A DNA stretch of 64,000 bases. Source: Yuukianura sp. NJ FZ-2021. Taxonomy: Eukaryota. The notes under the pieces are model-generated. The model had not been told where the DNA came from, did not search any database, and worked only from the letters and a program-made list of their open reading frames with translations. Position numbers and translations under genes: made by a program. Below are positions 51,619 to 63,900 of the stretch, one piece after another (within the stretch, counting starts at the first letter, position 1; the number at the start of each line of letters is the position of its first letter). Where the stretch lies: contig CM102290.1 in NCBI GenBank assembly GCA_046563655.1, forward strand, positions 13,702,001 to 13,766,000, read 5' to 3'.

Positions 51619-53255
51619 CATTTTAACGTTTTAGCCTGTCACGTTAGTTCCAATTTCCTTTATCCGAGTTTCTTAAAATTTGAACTCATTTGACCGGTTT
51701 TGCAACTTTTGAATTTTTTGACGCCTGCGTTATTTTGTGGTTAAAAATGAACATAAATTTTCACCTTTAGAGTGAAAATGGCTTTCTTCTTTCCACGTGA
51801 AATGCATCTATTCCGTTGGAATTTAGTTTGAACCATGCGTTAAGGCTTACAGAAACTTATGAAATGCAGTTTCCCATTCATTTTGAAAATTTCATTTAAA
51901 AAAGACTCAAGAGTTTGCTAGTACAACTGGGGCACAGGGAACCTCAAGCGACCAAAAACGCCTTTCTGCTTTCTCCCTCCACCAACTGATTTAATTTCCT
52001 ATGTTTTTTGTAGTTAGAAAATCTTCACCTCAAGAATAAGATGGAGAAAGTAGAATAATAAATGAGACAGCGTTGTGAAGCAGAATGTACTAAAGGGTTA
52101 CGTTATGCTTAAAAGTAATTTCACTCCACAAGAGGTACCAGAGGATCTTACTTTTTCAATTTACTTTCTCTCCACGCTTTCCGCTTTTTTCATTCGCATC
52201 ACATCACATCCCATTCACGAACTAAATACATCCTGCTTCATTTTTACAAAAATTTAACTCTGTAGTTCCATTTTTTAGGAATGAATGATTTCTAGTTTTA
52301 CGAAAGCCAAGTAGAAAGCGCAAACGTAGTGACAAAAAAAATGAGGACAAAAGTATACCGACGTGACTTTTTTTGTACTAATTTTGGAAATGTAATTTCG
52401 AAAGTTGAAAACAAAATGAGTCAAACACAAAAAATCCATTTCAGGCCATGTTGGTTACGAACTTTTTTCAAACGTGGTTTGACGGAAGATGTTTGTAATA
52501 GAAAGGAAACCAAGGTTGTCGATAGAGCCGGCGAATATCATTTTGAAACCATGAAACTGAACAGCATTTTCAGTAGATCACTTCAACAAAGTAAAAGACC
52601 AAGAAAAAGTGTATTTTTTGAAGCCTCTAGCTATTCTGATAGAATAGAAATGTAGCGTTGCTAAGGGCGCCGGAGGGAGAGGAAATGTCGCTTGAGACAG
52701 ATTTCATGTCATCTTATTTTCTCTCCATTTCAAATATTCATGGAATCGAAGTAAAAAAAAAATTTCTACTCTTCAGTTCTCAAAACTGTTTTTGACAAAA
52801 GAAGGACGAAGCACATACGGAGCAGCAGCATCAGCCAAATTTTTTGATTTTGCCAAGAAAGTGAAAGCAGTCGGAACTTTTTTTTAAGGATTTAGAAAAT
52901 TTGATTTCCATCACGCACTCACGCCCCTCCTTTTGTCTCGACTCAAATTGAATTACCCGCTACGAATTCATATTCTTTTCAACTGGGACAATGAATTTAA
53001 AAAAGTGAAGTGAGCAGAGCTTCCAGGCCCTTAATCAACTTCGTTAGCTCAGGTTTCACTTTCTACACAATTTCCCAAGACACAACTTTTTCTTTCAAAT
53101 TAAGAGGGATCACATAAGTGGCAAAATGTGAACAAAAGTTTCCTTTTCATTTGAATCCTGCAGAACTTTCGCAAAAAAGGTTCGTTGTATCCACACAAGC
53201 ATTTTTTGCACTTTTGCTAAAGTCACAATAATAAAAGCAAAAAAGGATATTCAAT

Positions 53256-53592
53256 GTACCCTAAATCCTGGCGTATACCATGTATTAGTTTATAAACAAG
53301 TGCCTTTTGTCCAGTGTTGCTGGATATCCACTTTTTCAGCATTTTATCCAGGTTATATCCACTGCATAAATGGATAAATCCGCATAAAGCTTCTGATGCA
53401 CGAAATTGAGTTTCGCCCGGAAGAAACCAGAAAAATCCGGATATATCCACCACTTTCGAGGAGAGTGGGAGAAATATTTTATCCATCGACCAACACTGCT
53501 TTTGTCCTTAAACCTGATTTTGTACATGAAAATATCCAAATAATGTCAAGATATTAGATAGTGGGTACGGTATGCGCGAGGAATTAGGGTAC
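53256..53592. mobile_element. TIR element with GGATA/TATCC subrepeats
   Basis: gtaccctaaatcctggcgtatacc / ggtatgcgcgaggaattagggtac. Confidence 0.6.
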
Positions 53593-54391
53593 TTTAAATT
53601 TTTTTTTAACTGGACAAATTGGGGGAGAAAGTCCGATTTATTTTAGACATAAAAAGAAAACGACAGGAAATTGTGACTGCTTCTAATATTTCCCGCCCCC
53701 TGTTGATCGATGCTCACTTTGTTACGCCGGAAGGAACAAAAGACATGAAAAGTAACTTTCGGAATGGGATTTGTGTCCATATGAAATAGCGTTTATGTCA
53801 GAGAAAACGAGTGGTCTTAGTAACTCAGTTTTTGCACAAAAAGCAAATTTTGAGGGCAAACAAAAAGTAACTGCTGGACTTCACTTTTTGACACTCGCTC
53901 AGTAAAAGTCGACGATGGAAAGAGAAAACTTGAATGACTTTCGTGTCAAACTTTGTTTTTTCTCAGACTGTGCAGGGTTCAAGAAAAGCTTCGAGAACTT
54001 CGTCTAGAATGCAAGGACATGTTGATGAAAGGAAGGGAACTGCTGCTCTCCTTCTTAAAATGGTGACAGAGAAAGCGGGAAAGTGAAAGTTGGAATTTCA
54101 TATCATTCATCCACCCACTCATTCACTTAAAGCCGGAATTCCACTTACTTTTTAAACTTTATTTCCTAAACAGAGTCTAACCTAAATTCCGATTTCAATC
54201 CTCTCGAGGAATCATCGGCGATCCTCTTCGTCGTCATTCCAATGAGATGAGTAGCTTTCAGCAATCAAGTTCTGCACAGAGAAGCACATTGGGCACTGGG
54301 TTGTCGCCCATGGTGACACTACATTGTCACCTCTGCATTGGACGCTCAACTTGTCCGTGGAACTGGTTTGAGCACCGTGGAATGCTTTGTT

Positions 54392-56700
54392 TCACCGGGC
54401 GTGAGAACAGGTACATTTGTCAAGGTGAAGCAGCTTCTTGAATGCTTTGCGAAAATCCATGTTGAAAATTGTGTAAATGATGGCTACAAATAGAAAACAG
54501 AAAGCAAAATATTATGGTCACCTTGACTTGAACTCGGAACTCCTTATGGCTTTGGCTTTTTGTGTTTTGAGTTCTAGTTGAGTGCTAGTCAATGCTTTTG
54601 TTATTCTAGAACCGTTACATATTAAAAACTGCTGTTGTTATCATAAATCACGACAACAACTTTCTCTCTATTTTGAATTTTTTACACATCGCTAAGCGTT
54701 TTTTATCGGTCCATAAAAAAACTTGCTGTTGTTTTTAGGCGTTTAGAATATGTCAAAAAAAGTGGCCTAAAAGACAAATAGCTCCGTTCTGTAAACGCTG
54801 TATGTAAGTAGCGAAGTGAACATAATGGCTCAAGAGGGCCACTTCAAATATCAAGGTCACTTACACAAATGTTGCTTGTCTCAATGTATTGAACAACTTT
54901 TGTGGTAGACATTTTTTAATATCTTTCTAAAAATTATTTGACCTTGACCTTTCACTCGAAAGTTGTGCACTTCCAGTCAAACCACAAACCATTAATCACC
55001 CCCGAACTATGTAAACTTAATCTGTGCATGCAGATTAAAAATCGGTTCAGAGTTGTAGTTACTAGCAGACAGACTGACAGACAGACAGACTGACAGACGG
55101 AAAAACGTAAAGTAGCTACTTTCGCTACTTAATAAATAAAATCATAGAAAAAATTTGAACGACCAAATTTAGTTAGTCAAGGGCCAAATTCCTATTGGAT
55201 TTTGTATAATATAATTTTGCTTGCTATTAATACGATATAATCATTACTCTTACGATTGAGTGCCGAGTTGACGTAGCCCAGCCAAGTAATAAAGTTGCCA
55301 AGTTTTGCTGAAGGTTGTGTGCACGAGGTGCAGAATGGGAGAATGACGTACATGAGGAAGAACGGAAGCCAACAGACCACGAAGACACCCATGATGATTC
55401 CAAGCGTCCTAGCTGCCTTCCGCTCCTTAGAAAGTGAAATCCGCTGCTTTTCTTCTACAAACTGACAGACCTGCTGCGAAGGAAGGCGAGCCGACCTCTT
55501 ACTTCCGCGTCCCGCATGACCTTTGACATGCGCCCCCCCGCGGACCGGCCCATGGTTCACTCCATGCTTGGAATTGAGCGGTGCCTCTGCATCCGTCACA
55601 GAGTCCTCACTAATGTTGGCAGGACTGAGCTTGGAACTGTCGAATTCCTCGACAGCGAACTGTGTCTCTAAGTGCCCCTTGTCACTACCACCGACTGCCT
55701 CCTTCGCACCGCACTCTGCTGCGTTGGCTTTAGATTCCGCGCTTCTGGCGCGTCTTTCCTTGCGTTGTTGCAGCTTCTTCCCTTTGGCCACGCCGTCCTT
55801 CTTCTGACAGTGGTCACTTGACCCGTCATGGCCATTGTTCTCTACAGAACTGATTGAGCTCCTATCCCGCTCTCCCGTGTCTTCGTTTTTCCTAGCTCCA
55901 CTCACTCCAATAGTTTTTTGACGATCCATTGCTGAGAGTCGGGAGGCTCTAGCTCTTTGGCGAAGTCTTCTTCTCGTTGCGATAAAAATTCGGATATAAA
56001 CGGCCGTCATGACAACAAGCGGAAGAAAGAATGAGCCGAGAGAGGAGTAGATGACATAGCCTTGTTGACTCGTCAGAGTACACGGAGTGTCTTCTTTAAA
56101 TTCGGGTGGCCAGTCGTTCCATCCGAGTAGCGGCGGAGAGCTGATTATCAATGACGTGATCCAAACGGCTGCCACGGTGCAGGAAACACGGTGGAGCGTT
56201 CTTTTGCGGGCATAGTTAATGGGGTCGGTGATGGCTCTGTACCGATCTACGGCTATAACGCAGAGATGCAAAATTGAGTTGGTGCAGCAGTAGATATCAC
56301 AAGTTAGCCAAATTTCACAGACGATTTTCCCTAGAACCCACCGTCCTAGAATCAAGTAGGCGACGTTGAAGGGAAGAACGAAGATGGCCACGGTCATGTC
56401 AGCCACGGCTAAAGAAACGACGTAGAAGTTGGGAGCTGTTCGTAGCGGTCTGTAGTTAAAGACGGACAGAATGACAAGCACATTGCCTACAAGAGTGAGG
56501 ACGATGATGACTGACAATGTGACGGCAGTGATGGCAGCTTCCCATTCGGGCACGGCGAGCCAAACACCGAGGCTACTCAGGTACATTTCCACGGTGGCGT
56601 TTTCTTGGTAAGAACCATTGCAGCAGTTGTTGAAACTTGGTTCTACAAGAAAAGTGAGGTCAAACTCCTCTTCTGCTTCAACAGAATCGCTCATTCCCAT
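54392..56700 (-). CDS. Biogenic-amine GPCR, tyramine receptor type 1 (Oct/Tyr-like), ~512 aa; exons 56700-55254 and 54483-54392
   Basis: Seven TM segments with GN, SLAVAD, TM3 Asp (WLTCD), DRY, AITDPINYA, YSSLGSFFLP, ISLSKERKAARTLG, CWLPFF. A phase-1 intron splits the NPxxY motif (AAT C|gtaag...tgtag|CC ATC ATT TAC), and the last exon reads PIIYTIFNMDFRKAFKKLLHLDKCTCSHAR*. LAVPEWEA and ISLSKER are typical of arthropod TAR1. Confidence 0.93.
54935..55130 (+). mobile_element. DINE-1/HINE-like dispersed repeat in the GPCR intron
   Basis: ttgaccttgacc, (GACA)n, aagtagctactttcgctactt end. Confidence 0.55.
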
Positions 56701-58598
56701 TTTGGCACTAGCAAGTTGATTTTCTTCTCAAAACCAAATGATTTAAATGAAAAAAAGTGTGAAACCAATTAAACTTTTTGGTTGCAAGATCAAAGTTGTT
56801 CGTTTTTCCAAAGTTTTCAATACGTGAGAAGGTCCATCCTTTTACTTGAGTTGAATTCAAGTTGAGTTCAGAGAAATGCAAAAGACGAAGCGTCCATAAG
56901 TTGAATTTGTTGCTCAACTGCCAAACCTCTTTCACTTTCACCACTCCCACACAAAGTGCAAACAGATTCTAACGTCAAACTTTGCTTTCACTGCACTTTC
57001 TCTTCGCATTTTCCTCTGCTCAACTTTTGTTTATTTTCGGCACTTTCAATTCAATTTGTGGAGTCTCACACGCGTCCATATGCGGATTCCTTCATGGAAA
57101 ACAAATCCTTTTATGTCAAGTGATTCAGATTGACAAGATGGTCTGAACTAGTATCTGCATTTGACATCTGACAAGAGTAGAATCATGTTTCATGTTAGCC
57201 TAATTTCCACTTGGACGAACACTATTTTTGGCTAAGGTTGCTCCGAGTAAAGTGCTGAGCTGGTTGTTAGGCGACTAAAAGAGCAGGAACTTCCTGGATT
57301 ATTCTGGAGATTCGTCTTGTGACTCTGGAAGATATGACACTCCGCCTGTAATTTGACACACAATTACTCTACTCACTTCACAACTCGAGTCTTTGGGGAC
57401 TTCGGATCGATGGAGTTGGTGCCTACAAAACAAAAGAAAAATTAAATTATTGATTTACTCAAAGGTGTTTGAGTCAACAAAGCTCTGGGAGGAATGAAAA
57501 GTTTTTTGTTGAAAGAGTTTTAAAATTTATTCGACAGATTTAGAATGCCATTCAAAATGGAGCGGAGTCTGTGATGTTGCAGGGCCTAAATGTCAAAATG
57601 ATGACGCTGATGACGGAAGTTTTTGTGATTGAAACCTTTGAAAAATTTTGAAAATGAAAGTGAAAGCGATATTCAATCGGCTAAAATTTTGAAACCTAAT
57701 TCCTCTAGTAATGAATTTAGATTTGAGTTTGTCTAACAAATCCCATAGACCAAACTATTCGTTTCATGTTCAACATTACTTTGACTGACATGGGACGTAT
57801 CCTTGGAGCTTAAAGTATCCAATGACCCACCACCAAAAGCCGACAGGCAGAAAGTGACATGACGCAAAAACGAGACAAGCTCAAAGAATTTAGCCAATTT
57901 TCAAAAACTCAGTTTGAGTCAAATCTGTCGCGTGTTGGATCCAATATCAGTCTCTGAAATTTTACTTTGACGTTTTTTCCAGGTCTAAACTTTACAGAAT
58001 CCATTCATCTCGAAATTTAAAAAAAAGAATAAAAAATTTACAAAAATAGTAAAAAAAAAAAAACAAAGAGAAAATAAAGAAAAATACGTTTTCACCGCTT
58101 TACGCAGCATGAAGACTAAATCTCTTGGAAAACTCATCAGAATTTATCAAACTTTTGAAAAATACAAAAAAGTTACAAACTCTACTTTACAAAAGTGGTG
58201 CACAATTGTCAAGTTACAATGAAAAATTGGAATAGAGATACAGAGGAGTTGGGATAGACTATAACCGACTAGTGAAATGAAAATGAGAAAAACGCATAGC
58301 ATCTTTCCGTTTTTGAGGAGACATTCCAAGTCAACTTTCTCTTTTATGTTAGTAGACTGCTTGGCAGTGGGATGGAAAGAATAAGTGGAAGAAGAGAGAG
58401 AATTGTTTGAGAAGGGAAGTGTTGTTTGGAATTCTGAAGATGATCCGTCATTCCCATACATTTGAGCTTCAAACTATTATTCTAGCAGGATCCTCCGATT
58501 CTATCCAGAGGAGAATCGTCATGGCATCACAAGTAGGCACACCATCCTTCCTGTGAGGAAAATGGTGTGCCTACTTCGCTTTCTTTGAGCCACAAAAC

Positions 58599-58857
58599 CA
58601 AGGTTTGTTGACTCTGATTATCTTTAACAGGTTCAATAATACCTCATGTGGTTTCAATTTTGCAAAAAAAAAAAAGAGTGTCTTTTCATTTCGTGGTATC
58701 GTAGTCATAACAATACAGCCAAATTTTTTAAATTTTACATACAAATTGGTACCGATTCTTTGATTGGTACCAAAATTGGTACCAATTTTTTTTTCAACCA
58801 GCGAGGCAGTACTCAACCTGTTAAAGAAAACTAACTTTTCGTTGTCAAGGAACCTTG
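58599..58857 (+). mobile_element. CAAGG MITE family A
   Basis: Perfect 8-bp TSD cacaaaac; intact termini caaggtttgttgac...gtcaaggaaccttg. Confidence 0.92.
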
Positions 58858-60291
58858 CACAAAACGCAGAAAGCGGGGAGCAAATCAGTTTATATGGAGA
58901 AAGCAACATTTATTTTCACCTGTTGCCCACTACCATCTTCACCCCCAAATGCCACCTCCCTCTCAAGATCTCTAGTGCTTGGCATTTTTTGCCAAGGAAA
59001 CGCAAAAAGCTTTGTAGGACACTTCCTGGACATCTATTCAAAGTCCAGTCACTTTGAACTTGTGGTGGTACAAGGACATGGAGACGTTAAGAAAAGAAAG
59101 GACCTTGGAGGATCATAGATTCCAGACAGATCTTCACACATTGTTGATTCTGGACAAGTCCTGCCTCATTGATCTCTCCATTTGGCACTCCCAACCTGTC
59201 TACCTCCCCTTCCTTTTACTTATCCTCCTTATCCAATTGAAAAAAAAACATCAAATCCATTCCCCAGTTTCATTGGGTGCTTCACTAGAGGCGTGCAGCA
59301 TCCAAAGCGGAAGTGAAAGTTCTACTTGACTTGGAAAATTTCACTTTCACAATTTCAAAAAAGTGACTCTACGAGTTACTGATCCAATCTCTAACTCGTA
59401 GCGTCACTTTTTTTTAGTTTGAAATTTCGTACTTCCGGTTCCGCCTGGAAAACTTTGATACAACAAAAATGTTTAGTTGAGATGACTTTTGTCGCTTTCT
59501 TTTTAAGACAAAATTTGAAAATCAAAATTTAGACTTTTGTTGAAATCTAGATTTTTGTGGATCCAGAGACTGATTTGTGTAGTAGATTGGATGAAACGGA
59601 GTGTAGGTGGGAAGGAGGAGATGCTAAGACTAATTCCTACCCGAGAGACCACCTCTTCATGCACAATGAGGAAAGTGAGAGAAAGTGGTGAGGGAAATAG
59701 ATTCCTTCCCGGGGGGAGGGCGAGGAGAGAAATGGAATTTTATGGTCGGTGAGACCGGGAAAATTCAGTTCTTGTTCGGTACAGGAACTTCGGCAGTCCA
59801 AATAACTAAGTTAGGGACTCCTGTTCCCAAAGGCTCACAAAATAGCAGCAAAAAGGGACGGAGAAAAGTGAGGGGAACCACATAGTGCATGTAATGTATC
59901 CTCAAAAACTAACTTCACGTCATTTAATCCTCAGAGAATAGGGATCTTCACAATGTAAAAGATTAGGCTTCCTTCCTCTTCCATTGGATACTCTACCAAC
60001 CCACTTTCTCCTGCCGTCAAACAAACTCAAAACCGCAACGGCCATGGACAAATGCGACCCCCAATTTATAAAACTCTGCCTTATGTCACCTAACTTCTTG
60101 CTTTTTAGTTTGCTGTTTAGTTAGCTTAGTTTAGTTAGTTTTAGTATGAAGAAGCCTCGTTTCACCTTTGTTTTAACCTGATTCCAAAAAAAGTCACGTC
60201 TCGATCATTTGGTGCAGAATATACTGAAGAAGTGTAAAATGGTGGTGAGCAAGATGCATGCAAAACATCATGGTGCTTTCACCATCCGACA

Positions 60292-60513
60292 GAAGGTTTG
60301 TTGAGTCTCATTTTCTTTAACAGGTTGAGTAATACGTCAGTAGTCATAACAATACGGCAAATTTTTTACATTTTGCATACGAATTGGTACTATTTTCTGG
60401 ATTGGTACTAAAATTGATACGATTTTTGTTTTTTTCGTTTCTTTTTTTGTCAGCAAGCGAGGTAGTACCCAACCTGTTACAGAAAATTCGCTTTTCGTTG
60501 TCAAGGAACCTTG
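60292..60513 (+). mobile_element. CAAGG MITE family A (internal deletion)
   Basis: aaggtttgttga...gtcaaggaaccttg; TSD not evident. Confidence 0.82.
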
Positions 60514-61262
60514 GGAGGTTCACTCTTGACGGATGTGCTGCTTTTGAGCAAATCTAATCAAAGCATGGGAATTCAACGTTGCATGCCTGAAAACTTGAAA
60601 AAGAAATTCACATTTCAAAGTAAAGGCAATGCGTTTCTGGGAAAGCGAGTGAAAAGATGAGTGAATCTTGGAACATAAAGCTTTTTAGAAAATAGGAACA
60701 AGATGAAAATGCTACAGGCAAGCACCATATAGTAATTATAAAAAAAAATCCCAAGTATTTCACTGACATACAACTTTTTTGAAAAAGTGAAAAAGAAACT
60801 TTTGGGTTCTGTTTTGAACTGGTAGCAATTTATCAAGAACATCAATCTTGCAAGTTCAAAATTTAGCAGTTCAGAATAACTTTGTAAAGGAAAATGTAAC
60901 TTTGGAAATCACGGGATCTGAAATATAATTTGGTGCTAGGAAACTAAAAAAATGAAACGTCTGAAAATTAACATGAAAAAGAACTTTGCGGGCTTCCGTT
61001 CTCATTAGGTTCACATTGAAGAAAGGAAAAAAAAGTAACCCAGCAAATGGGTGGTGATAAATGAGGCAGTAATTTGGAAAGTGACGCAAATTACACTAAC
61101 ATTTCCTAACATTAGTTTTCTAAGAATGGTTGAACTTTGGCATGAAACTTACAACTATTCTTCTTTTTAATTTTCCAACAATAAAACTTTTTCCCGCTTT
61201 TGCCCAATGATTGTGCAGCAAACAGACTACCAATGGAAGCTCCCAAAAAAAGGAATTATACT

Positions 61263-61497
61263 CAAGGTTCGTAAGTAAGAAAATAGTTTTTTTTTCTTTA
61301 ACATGTTAGGCAATAAGTCGGGTTTTATTGTTTTCTCCCAAAATTATAAAAATGAAACGACATCACGGCAGCTCTCGTTTCCTTAAAAAAATGTTTAAAA
61401 AAAATGAGTAAAAAAATGTTTGCAGTGACATTTTTGGACAACGGGACTTATTGCCTAACCTGTTAAACATAACTATTTCGTTGCTATTGGAACCTTG
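61263..61497. mobile_element. CAAGG MITE family D
   Basis: caaggttc...gaaccttg with subterminal gttaggcaataa/ttattgcctaacc. Confidence 0.8.
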
Positions 61498-61913
61498 GAA
61501 CTACTGAGGCAACAACGGCGACAAATAGACAAGTCAACGGAGGTCAGCATCTCCGCAATGTTTCAGAGTGACCTCTGTGTCTTTTCTTGCTTTGTTTGAC
61601 ACTAACAACATCAAACGTAACGCTTTATTGACTGTAACTGAATTTGAACTTTCCTGCCAAAATGATCAGTTTGAGCTCAACATAGTAGTTTAAGGGAAAG
61701 CAGCATCAAGTGTCTCATCAAACAGTTTGCAATTCAGGGCACGTACTGGCATGAACCGAAAATTTATTCTGACTTACAACTCCCAATTCACAAGCGAACT
61801 TAAATCTGTTTCAAAAATCTTTAGAAAAAGGAAAATCCAGCTAACAGTTTTAAAAATTCAGCCATAGCGGACGTACGGTAAAAAAAAAGAGAATCGTTTT
61901 CAGTTTTTTTTTC

Positions 61914-62329
61914 TTAAATAACATAATTCCAAATTCCAAAAAGTTAAAAGTTTACTCTGAAAATCACTCTTTTTAAATAACATAATTCCAAATTCCAAAA
62001 AGTTAAAAGTTTACTCTGAAAATCACTCTTTTTAAATAACATAATTCCAAATTTCAAAAAGTTAAAAATTTACTCTGAAAATCACTCTTTTTAGATAACA
62101 TAATTCCAAATTCCAAAATGTTAAAAGTTTACTCTGAAAATCACTCTTTTTAAATAACATAATTCCAAATTCCAAAAAGTTAAAAGTTTACTCTGAAAAT
62201 CACTCTTTTTAAATAACATAATTCCAAATTCCAAAAAGTTAAAAGTTTACTCTGAAAATCACTCTTTTTAAATAACATAATTCAAAATTTCAAAAAGTTA
62301 AAAATTTACTCTGAAAATCACTCTTTTTA
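61914..62329. repeat. 59-bp minisatellite x7
   Basis: ttaaataacataattccaaattccaaaaagttaaaagtttactctgaaaatcactcttt head-to-tail, no spacers. Confidence 0.95.
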
Positions 62330-62621
62330 AGCAACACTAGGAAAATAGGCACATCTCTTCTTTTTTTTCTTGTTTATAAACCAGTACGAAACTAAAACTT
62401 TTTCAAATTTTCATTCTTTTGCTGATTATCTAAGTCTCGCGTGTTACATCAAACTTTTGTTTGTTTTTTGTTTTTTGCTACAGTGGAACTTCTCATTGCA
62501 CAACTTTTTTCCCGGCCTTTTCCTAATAGTGAGATACAGTAAAACTCAAATTTGAAAAGGGATTTAACTTGTAAGCAAACCAAAACGCTGCTCAAATGTG
62601 CTAAATTCGGAGTCGTGCAGT

Positions 62622-62839
62622 CAAGGCTTGTTGACTCTGATTTTCTTTAACAGGTTAAGGAAGACCTCAAAAACATGAGTTTTTCGGTTTTGCAAAAAAA
62701 GTGTCTTTCATTTCCGGGTATTGTACACGAATTGGTACAAATTTTTTTGGATTGGCACCAATTTTTTTTCATTTTTTTTTTGTCGAGGTGGTACTCCACC
62801 TGCTAAAGAAAATTCATTTTTCGTTGTCAAGGAACCTTG
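62622..62839 (+). mobile_element. CAAGG MITE family A (diverged)
   Basis: caaggcttgttgac...gtcaaggaaccttg. Confidence 0.82.
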
Positions 62840-63900
62840 CTTAGAGCAGAGAGGAAACTCTTGTTCAAACCAACCAATGAGAGCGTGTTGCACAATGGAA
62901 GGTTCTACTGTAATTCCTTTTCACTAGATCACTGAATCAAAACAGGAGTCATTAGTGCCAAAAGTAGTCGTAGTTTTGGCAATTAGGAAGAAATGTTCAC
63001 CCGCATGTTTCAAAAAATAAATAGTGTGGTGGTTGATGAGCAGCATGCAAGGGAGTTGTAATGATGCTGGAGGCGTGTTAAAACCGCCCTCTAAGCTTCT
63101 ATTGAATAATATGGACACTGGAGAGGAAGCATAGTAAAAAGCACTTCCGTCCATCACTCAGGCTCACTTGATTCAATTAAGGCCTCAAACAAAAGAGAAA
63201 GCACCCACGACTTGCTCCATTCCATGCACAGTTACTATTAGCACTCCCGCCAAGATTTGAGGCAGCGCTTTTGTGATTGGCTGGAGAAAGCTGAAATAAC
63301 AGTTACGACAAACCCATTTCTTGGAGTCTCCAGCTCACTTTCAGTCAAAACTTTTCTGGAAAAGTTGATCCAGCGATTTCCGTTTGTCACTTGGCATAAA
63401 TTTGAATTTCACACCTTCATTTTCCGTAAGAAAAGGAACATGAGAAATTAGCCTACTTTGAAACAGGAAAGCACCGCTCTAAATATAAAGTGGTTTGGGC
63501 AACGAAAATTTTCAAAAAATTTTCTCCGTCAGGAAAAGTGGTTTGTGCAACTAAAATTTTCAAAAAATTCTTTCCGCCGGGGAAAGTGGAGCAGAGGATA
63601 AAGACATGAAGATAAGACTGGCTGCTTACCACGACCTTTGACCTTTCGCTTTCTCCCGACCATTCTAAATTCATGTCGTTTCCTATTGCTAAAAACATCC
63701 TAACTCCCATTATTTATTCACGCCCTTCCAACTACCACCGAAAACACATTTTTTTCCTCTGAGCTTGGATCTGTCATAATTGCACAATTGAGTTACACGA
63801 AGTGTACAAAAAAAATTTTTTTCTAATAAAAAATAAAGGCTTACGTGTCAAAAAAAAACAATTAGAGTACAGCTTTTGAGCTGCCAAAGAACAGTCAAGG

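Noticed and set aside
32100..54300. Many 60-136-aa ORFs
   Set aside because: AT-rich, Phe/Lys/Leu-biased, often overlapping MITEs, with no recognisable domains or consistent exon chain.
55192..55253. ORF-track C-terminus RKSNDYIV... of the GPCR
   Set aside because: Intron read-through; the true end is exon 54483-54392, which completes NPIIY.
61914..62329. CRISPR-like array
   Set aside because: Units are head-to-tail with no unique spacers, there are no cas genes, and the context is eukaryotic.
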